Below are positions 7,111 through 12,142 of a stretch of DNA of 12,142 bases, piece by piece. Made by a program: the position numbers and the translations under genes. Below the pieces are notes generated by a model. The model was not told the DNA's origin, did no database searches, and saw only the letters and a program-made list of their open reading frames with translations. The stretch covers positions 1 to 12,142 of the forward strand of contig JAUIKJ010000041.1 of NCBI GenBank assembly GCA_030430835.1. The letters are read 5' to 3'. This DNA comes from Candidatus Hydrogenedentota bacterium. Lineage in GTDB: Bacteria; Hydrogenedentota; Hydrogenedentia; Hydrogenedentales; JAEUWI01. Each line of letters starts with the position of its first letter. Position 1 is the first letter of the stretch.

Positions 7111-7911
7111 CTACTTGAGTCCCAGCACGTCCTGCATGTCGTAGAGGCCGGGCTTGGCCTTGACGGCGAAGCGGGCGGCGACGAGCGCGCCGCGTGCGAA
7201 ATTGTCGCGGTTGTGCGCCTTGTGCGTCAGCTCGATGCGCTCGCCCTGGCCGATGAAGGCGACGGTGTGCTCGCCCACGACATCGCCACCGCGCAGGGTG
7301 TGCATGCCGATCTCGGCGCGCGGGCGCTCGCCGACCATGCCTTCGCGGCCGTGCGCGACGTGCTCATGGTAATCGAGACCAAGACCTTCCGCCGCGCGTT
7401 CGGCGAGGCGCACTGCGGTGCCGCTCGGCGCGTCCTTCTTCAGGTTGTGGTGGATCTCGGTGATCTCGCAGTTGTAGTCGAGCCCGAGGATCTCCGACAC
7501 CTCGCGCGTGAGCTTGAAGAGCAGGTTCACGCCGACGCTCATGTTCGGTGCGAAGACGATGGCGATCTGCTTCGCGAGTTCCGCGAGTTCCGCCTTCTGC
7601 GCGTCGTCCAGCCCCGTGGTGCCGATGACGCAGGGCACGCCCTTCTCCACCGCAAGGCGCACCGTGGGCATGCAGACATTCGCCAGGGTGAAGTCGATGA
7701 TTGCGTCGCTCTTGCCGATCTCCGCGCCGGGGTCGTTGCCGACGACAAGCGTCTGCGGCTTGCCGCTTTCGCTGCCCACGGTGAACTCCATCCCCGCGTT
7801 CTGCGGCGCATCGATGATGCCGCCGATTTCGAGGTCCTCCGCCGCGGCGGTCAGTTCAAGGATGCGTCGTCCCATGCGCCCGAGGGCGCCGGCCATACCG
7901 ATTCGAATCAT
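7111..7911 (-). CDS. dapB: 4-hydroxy-tetrahydrodipicolinate reductase
   Basis: MIRIGMAGALGRMGRR N-terminal NAD(P)-binding motif. Central EIHHNLKKDAPSGTA and C-terminal GEHTVAF...ELTHKAHNR motifs match DapB along the whole length. ATG is the complement of 7909-7911. Confidence 0.93.
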   Translation of the reverse strand: MIRIGMAGALGRMGRRILELTAAAEDLEIGGIIDAPQNAGMEFTVGSESGKPQTLVVGNDPGAEIGKSDAIIDFTLANVCMPTVRLAVEKGVPCVIGTTGLDDAQKAELAELAKQIAIVFAPNMSVGVNLLFKLTREVSEILGLDYNCEITEIHHNLKKDAPSGTAVRLAERAAEGLGLDYHEHVAHGREGMVGERPRAEIGMHTLRGGDVVGEHTVAFIGQGERIELTHKAHNRDNFARGALVAARFAVKAKPGLYDMQDVLGLK

Positions 7912-8061
7912 GTTCTAGGTCCTGTAGTGTCGTATTTATTTCGTAGCGCTTACTACGTCCCAACATCCCCCGCCCTTCGGGCACCCCCTTCAAAGGGGGA
8001 CAAGGAGCGGTTGAATCAATTTTCAGCAATTACCTGAATTTTGACCGCATCACCTCGACGC

Positions 8062-8233
8062 CGTCATTCCCGCGAAGGCGGGAATCCACCAACGTGCAGG
8101 AAGCCTCAAGTCATCGAGTTCGCGTCGTGCGCGACAACATTACCTCCGGGCGTTTGTCCCGCGCTCGACATCCTTCTCTTCGCCCCGCCGTCTTGCGCCG
8201 CGCTGGTGGATTCCCGCCTTCGCGGGAATGACG
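8062..8233. repeat. dRS3-like (ATTCCC-N8-GGGAAT) inverted-repeat-bounded element of about 172 bp, similar to the Neisseria intergenic elements formed by dRS3 pairs
   Basis: CGTCATTCCCGCGAAGGCGGGAATCCACC (8062-8090) is the perfect reverse complement of GGTGGATTCCCGCCTTCGCGGGAATGACG (8205-8233). Each terminal repeat is itself an ATTCCCGC...GCGGGAAT palindrome. Located between dapB and the large dehydrogenase gene. Confidence 0.6.
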
Positions 8234-8304
8234 CAACGCGGGGTGGTCGCGGGTGAGGCTGGATATTCTCGCTTATCTCTGTCGTGCGGCGCTACCCCTG
8301 TCGC

Positions 8305-11301
8305 CTACTTCAAGGTCTCCAGATACGCCACCAGGTCGCTCAGGTCCTGCGCGGTCATGGCGGCGGCGAGGCCGGTGGGCATGAGCGACACGGCACTCTC
8401 GACCTTCTGTTTCACGTCGTCGTTCTCGATGCGGAGCACCTGCCCCGCGGAATCCATCAGTTCGAAGCCGTCCTTGTCTTCGCTGCGGATGAAGCCGCTG
8501 AGGAAGCCTTCTTTCGCGCTGTTCACGATGTAGACCTTGTACTCGTGCGAGATGGCGGCGCTCGGGTTCAGGATGGATTCGAGCAGGGCCTCGCGGCCGT
8601 ATTTCTCGCCGATCTTCGAGAGGTCCGGGCCGACTTCCTTGCCTTCGCCATTCACCTGGTGACAGCGGCTGCACTCGGCCTTTTCCGGGCTGAAGAAGAT
8701 CGTGCGGCCCGCTTCCGCATCGCCGCTCATCGCGACGAGATCCGCCATCGGCGGCAGCGCGTTGCCCTCGCTGGTCACTTCGCGCGGCAGCAACTGTTCC
8801 GCCATCATGCGCACATCGTCGAAGGCGCTGGCGTGGGCGAGTTCCTGCACCTCGATGCGCAGGTCCGCCGGGAGCTCGTCCTGTTCGACCAGATTCATCA
8901 GCAACACCGCGCCGGACTTGTTCCCGCCGAGCTGTTGCACGGCGTCGATGCGAACGAGCTTGGAGTAGTCCGCGTTGGTGACGATCTCCTGCAGCACGGG
9001 CGTCGTGTCCATGTGCTGGAAGGCGCTGATGGCGTTCAGGGCGTGCGTGCCAATGAGCGCGTTCTCGTTTGCGAGCAGGGGCTTCAGTGCCGCGACGGAT
9101 TCCTCGGCCTTGCTCTTCATGGCGTTCGGTGCGAGGCGCGCGATGGCGTTGAGCGCGTCGCGCCGCGGGGGGAGTTCGGCGCTCTCGTCAAGCGCCGCCG
9201 TCAGCAGCCGCGGCAGCAGGATGACCTGCCGCGTCTCGGCGGCGAAGCTGGAGGCGGCGGGCTGCAGGGCGGCGTCATCCAGTGCAGCGTCGAGCCAGGC
9301 CTGGAAGGCGTCGTCCTGGATGGTCTTGCGCCAGGCGTCGCCCTCGTCCCGCGCGAGCAGATGCAGGGTGTATTCCGTCACCTCGGCGGGCAGGCCAGTG
9401 TCGAGGAGGGCAACCAGCAGCGCACCGGCCGCTTCCGTACCCTGCACTTCGATTGCCTTGATCGCCTGCTGGCGCAGATCGGCGCTGAGCGCGTTGTTCC
9501 GCGCCGCGGCCTCTGCCACGGGGAAAGCCTCCGCCGGATGCCACTGGATCGCCAGCCCGGCGAGCCGCGCGTCCCAGGTATCGCCCGCTTCGCGCAGGAC
9601 CTGCGTGAAGCAATAGGACTCGATCCCGCGCGCGCCAATGCCGAGGGCTTCGCGGTAGAAGCGGTCTTCGCCGTCGTACTGCAGCGCGAGTTGCGGCACG
9701 ACCTTCGTGCGCAGGCCATTCGCCTCGGGACGGCGCGTCAGTTCGAGGAGGAGTTGGCGGCGCACCTGCGGGTCGGAGTCGTCCTGAAATTCGTAGTCGA
9801 GAAGTTTCGTGGGTTCGTATTCCGCGACAATGCGCATCGCCAGGATACGATCCGAGACTGCATTGCGGTCGGTAAGCGCCTTCAGTACCTCGGCGCGCAT
9901 CGCTGGATCCGTGGCCAGAATCCAGGCACCGCGTGCGCGTGCGGTTGCATTGTCATTGGCGAAGAGCGATTTGATCGTTTTCTCTTGACCGTTTTCGATC
10001 ATCGAACGTGCGATGAGATCGCCGGTGTAGCGCAGGGCATGGTTTGCGGATTGCAGCGCCGCTGCGACATGGCTGTCCTCCGCGCCCATGTGTAGCCTAG
10101 GCACATCGTAGGCCGTTCCCACCGGCGCAAGCCGGTAGATCCGCCCGCGCAGCACATCGCCCATCCGGTGTCCGCCCACGCCTGGGTCATACCAGTCCGA
10201 AATGAACACCGATCCATCCGGCGCGGTACACACGTCGCTCGGTCGGAACCAGGTGTCGTCTTTGCCCTCGACGAGGATCTTCATCTCCGCGCTGAAGCCC
10301 GCGCCGTCGGGGATGGGACGATAGGAGCGGATCACGCGTGGACCGGCATCCGCGTGGATCAGCGTGTTCCGGTAGGCCTCGGGCAACAAGTCGCCCTCGT
10401 AGAAGAGCATGCCCGTCGGTGATCCGAAGCCGGTCTTGAGCATGGTGGGCACGGTGCCGGGGCGGTCGGTGTTCCAGTGGACTTCGTCGAGCTTGCGGTC
10501 GCCCTTGCGGCGTGGCCAGTAGCCGTAGCTGCCGCCTTCCATCACGTAGTTGATCCGCGTCTGCTCGTTGCCGTCGTCGTCGTTGTCGGAGATGAAGATA
10601 TTGCCGAAGGAATCGAGCGCGGGTTCGTAGTTGTTGCGCATGTTCTCGGCGAGCAGCTCGAGGTGTTTGCCCTCGAGGTCCGTGCGCAGCACGGTCGCCG
10701 CGCGGTAGGGCGCGTCCTTCCCCGCGAAGACGCGGTGGCCGGACTTGTCGGTCACGTCGAGACCGCGATCGCCCACGCTGAAATAAAGCCAACCGTCGGG
10801 ACCATAGACCAGCCCGTGGATCGCGTGGTCGTGGTCCACCCCGCCGAAGCCGGTGAGGATGACCTTCTTCTCGTCGGCCACGCCATCGCCATCGGTATCG
10901 CGCAGATAGAAAAGATCCGGCGACTGCGCGACGTAGACGCGATCCCCCAGCACCGCGATACCCAGCGGCGCCTGCAGGCTGGGATCCTGATAGAAGGTCC
11001 GGGCGTCATCCGCCTTGCCGTCGCCGTCTGTGTCTTCCAGCACGACGATGCGGTCGCCCTCGGGGCGGGCCATGTCCTGATTGAAGAGCCGGTAGTTCGC
11101 CGCTTCCGCCACCCAGACCCGGCCCTCGGCGTCCACGTCGATACAGGTGGGGTTCACCAGCATCGGCTCCGCGGCGAAGAGCGTCAGCTCGAGGCCCTCG
11201 GCCACGCTGAGCGACGCGAGGGATTCCTCGGCGGATTGCTGCGCGGCAGCGGGCAGCGCAAGCAGCAGCAGTGCAAGACAGGCGAGACGGTTCCTGGACA
11301 T
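8305..11301 (-). CDS. Exported PVC-type membrane-bound dehydrogenase domain protein: N-terminal glucose/sorbosone-dehydrogenase-like beta-propeller, central HEAT/ARM repeats, C-terminal cytochrome c domain
   Basis: 998-aa ORF. ATG is the complement of 11299-11301, with GGGAG 8 nt upstream. Signal peptide MSRNRLACLALLLLALPAAAQQ. N-terminal propeller-like region with repeated DGDG/DTDGDGxAD motifs. Ala/Leu-rich helical repeat middle. CSRCH haem-binding motif near the C-terminus (EKAECSRCHQVNGEGKEVGPDLSKIG). Stop TAG is the complement of 8305-8307. Confidence 0.85.
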   Translation of the reverse strand: MSRNRLACLALLLLALPAAAQQSAEESLASLSVAEGLELTLFAAEPMLVNPTCIDVDAEGRVWVAEAANYRLFNQDMARPEGDRIVVLEDTDGDGKADDARTFYQDPSLQAPLGIAVLGDRVYVAQSPDLFYLRDTDGDGVADEKKVILTGFGGVDHDHAIHGLVYGPDGWLYFSVGDRGLDVTDKSGHRVFAGKDAPYRAATVLRTDLEGKHLELLAENMRNNYEPALDSFGNIFISDNDDDGNEQTRINYVMEGGSYGYWPRRKGDRKLDEVHWNTDRPGTVPTMLKTGFGSPTGMLFYEGDLLPEAYRNTLIHADAGPRVIRSYRPIPDGAGFSAEMKILVEGKDDTWFRPSDVCTAPDGSVFISDWYDPGVGGHRMGDVLRGRIYRLAPVGTAYDVPRLHMGAEDSHVAAALQSANHALRYTGDLIARSMIENGQEKTIKSLFANDNATARARGAWILATDPAMRAEVLKALTDRNAVSDRILAMRIVAEYEPTKLLDYEFQDDSDPQVRRQLLLELTRRPEANGLRTKVVPQLALQYDGEDRFYREALGIGARGIESYCFTQVLREAGDTWDARLAGLAIQWHPAEAFPVAEAAARNNALSADLRQQAIKAIEVQGTEAAGALLVALLDTGLPAEVTEYTLHLLARDEGDAWRKTIQDDAFQAWLDAALDDAALQPAASSFAAETRQVILLPRLLTAALDESAELPPRRDALNAIARLAPNAMKSKAEESVAALKPLLANENALIGTHALNAISAFQHMDTTPVLQEIVTNADYSKLVRIDAVQQLGGNKSGAVLLMNLVEQDELPADLRIEVQELAHASAFDDVRMMAEQLLPREVTSEGNALPPMADLVAMSGDAEAGRTIFFSPEKAECSRCHQVNGEGKEVGPDLSKIGEKYGREALLESILNPSAAISHEYKVYIVNSAKEGFLSGFIRSEDKDGFELMDSAGQVLRIENDDVKQKVESAVSLMPTGLAAAMTAQDLSDLVAYLETLK

Positions 11302-11416
11302 GGGCTTCTCCCCGGGATCGGCAATGAAAGCGGCATTCTAGCCCCGCAGAGAAGATTCGGCAAACCGCCCGCGCGGGCCCGTGCGGTGAAGGGCAGGTGC
11401 CGCGAGGCTGGGTGAT

Positions 11417-11485
11417 CTCCCCTGTGTCACCTCGACCGAAGGGAGAGGTCTTAGATTTCTCCCTTCGGTCGAAATGACACGGAAC
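11417..11485. repeat. Hairpin repeat copy 1: 15-bp perfect stem TCGACCGAAGGGAGA / TCTCCCTTCGGTCGA with an 11-nt loop, extended by GTGTCAC...GACAC pairing
   Basis: Stem arms at 11432-11446 and 11458-11472. Flanks GTGTCA / TGACAC extend the pairing. Confidence 0.6.
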
Positions 11486-11495
11486 ACCCCTGCAC

Positions 11496-11529
11496 CCTCG
11501 TCATTCCCACCTGCGCGGGAATGACGAGG
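11496..11529. repeat. dRS3-like palindrome CCTCGTCATTCCC-ACCTGCGC-GGGAATGACGAGG
   Basis: 13-bp perfect arms around an 8-nt centre. Matches the ATTCCC-N8-GGGAAT pattern. Confidence 0.6.
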
Positions 11530-11540
11530 CTGAGTAATCG

Positions 11541-11644
11541 CTCCTGTGTCACCTCGACCGTAGGGAGAGGTCTTGTGTTCCCATGTCACCGCGTCTTTAG
11601 CGAGAGGTCTTGGATTTCTCCCTACGGTCGAAATGACACGGAAC
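11541..11644. repeat. Hairpin repeat copy 2, with a 37-bp internal insertion that duplicates GAGAGGTCTT, and a compensatory stem change
   Basis: Arms TCGACCGTAGGGAGA (11555-11569) and TCTCCCTACGGTCGA (11617-11631). Relative to copy 1, the A:T pair at one stem position is T:A on both arms, so pairing is preserved. Confidence 0.6.
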
Positions 11645-11676
11645 GGCGGAAACGACATGGTACGCCCTCGCACCCC

Positions 11677-11840
11677 CGTCATTCCCGCGGAGGCGGGAAT
11701 CCAGCGATCGTGGAGTACACGCGTATGCATGCGATGCGCGCCTTGGTGCGGTGATACGCGGTGACGTTGGTTGCGCCGGATGGCGCAGCGTGGTTGTTTG
11801 GCGCTTCGCGCACTGGATTCCCGCCTCCGCGGGAATGACG
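11677..11840. repeat. Second dRS3-like inverted-repeat-bounded element (28-bp perfect terminal inverted repeats, spacer of about 108 bp)
   Basis: CGTCATTCCCGCGGAGGCGGGAATCCAG (11677-11704) is the exact reverse complement of CTGGATTCCCGCCTCCGCGGGAATGACG (11813-11840). The interior is unrelated to the interior of the 8062-8233 element. Confidence 0.6.
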
Positions 11841-11867
11841 AGGCTGCGCTCCGTGCCGCATTGATCA

Positions 11868-11903
11868 AGAAAAAGGCGGCTACGGCATTTGCCGCAGCCG
11901 CCT
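11868..11903 (-). terminator. Rho-independent terminator of the minus-strand gene that ends at 11923
   Basis: On the minus strand: AGGCGGCTGCGGC-AAA-TGCCGTAGCCGCCT hairpin (about 13 bp, one G-U/mismatch) followed by TTTTTCTT. This is the plus-strand AAGAAAAAGGCGGCTACGGCATTTGCCGCAGCCGCCT. Confidence 0.6.
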
Positions 11904-11922
11904 ATGCGCTCTTACGTCTTCG

Positions 11923-12142
11923 CTACTGCAGGCCGGGACAGTAACCATCCTCGGTGGCATCCAGCGGGCAGTAGTAGTAGCCGCCGCTGTTGAAGAACTG
12001 GATGAGGCGGAGCAGTTCGCTCAGGCTGATTTCCCAGTCCTGCGGGTTGTAGTCGCTGGTGTGGGGTGTGCAGCCGGTGTCGGGGTCGTTCGGGTTGTAG
12101 CCGTCCTCGGTGCCGAACTCGCAGCCGAAGCCATCCGAGTTG
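11923..12142 (-). CDS. 3' end (C-terminal 73 codons) of a Cys-rich secreted protein; gene continues beyond the window
   Basis: Open minus-strand frame from the window edge to TAG (complement of 11923-11925): ...NSDGFGCEFGTEDGYNPNDPDTGCTPHTSDYNPQDWEISLSELLRLIQFFNSGGYYYCPLDATEDGYCPGLQ*. Consistent high-GC third positions. A strong terminator lies immediately downstream. Not in the ORF track because it is truncated by the window edge. Confidence 0.55.
   Translation of the reverse strand, partial: NSDGFGCEFGTEDGYNPNDPDTGCTPHTSDYNPQDWEISLSELLRLIQFFNSGGYYYCPLDATEDGYCPGLQ

Noticed and set aside
8041-8256. 71-aa plus-strand ORF inside the dRS3-bounded element
   Set aside because: It lies wholly within the inverted-repeat element. 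Its translation (REGGNP, RLRGNDATRG) is again repeat-derived, and it has no ribosome-binding site.
11417-11644. Possible CRISPR array suggested by two similar direct repeats about 125 bp apart
   Set aside because: There are only two copies. The units are long (about 65-100 bp) internally palindromic hairpins rather than 25-40 bp repeats with unique spacers, there are no cas genes, and they are interleaved with dRS3 palindromes. This is a dispersed-repeat array, not CRISPR.
11338-11868. 176-aa minus-strand ORF spanning the 11.3-11.9 kb intergenic region
   Set aside because: It is read entirely through the dRS3-like palindromes and hairpin repeats. Its translation contains the tell-tale repeat-derived peptides (IPASAGMTG, SFPRRRESS, duplicated FRVISTxGRN). 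It is a repeat artefact, not a gene.

Overview
This is a high-GC segment (roughly two-thirds G+C by eye) of a bacterial chromosome, with six-frame ORFs on every strand. Most long antisense ORFs are GC-driven artefacts. Ten real genes are supported. A DUF2254-type membrane protein starts at a GTG. A classic family-1 encapsulin operon follows, with an encapsulated ferritin-like cargo protein (EncFtn) whose stop overlaps the shell gene's start in ATGA, ending in a hairpin plus T-tract terminator. Next come a small lipoprotein, a membrane-anchored alpha/beta hydrolase (TTG start), a DMT/EamA transporter and a secreted GFSAGG esterase. The housekeeping gene dapB is present and is the only gene symbol I am confident of. 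A 998-aa exported PVC-type membrane-bound dehydrogenase carries HEAT repeats and a C-terminal CxxCH cytochrome c motif. The window ends in the 3' end of a Cys-rich secreted protein. The non-coding DNA is the part worth a second look. One intergenic gap contains a 27-bp perfect inverted repeat, extended imperfectly to about 45 bp, around a spacer of about 134 bp. Two other intergenic gaps carry ATTCCC-N8-GGGAAT palindromes of the Neisseria dRS3 type. These include two elements of about 170 bp bounded by perfect 28-29 bp inverted repeats, and a tandem composite in which a 15-bp-stem hairpin is copied twice with a compensatory A:T to T:A change that keeps the stem intact. A sharp AT-rich trough of about 150 bp lies between two divergently transcribed genes. 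I found no CRISPR array, tRNA or rRNA, and no obvious defence system. The encapsulin system is a known type; the repeat elements are the least-described content.
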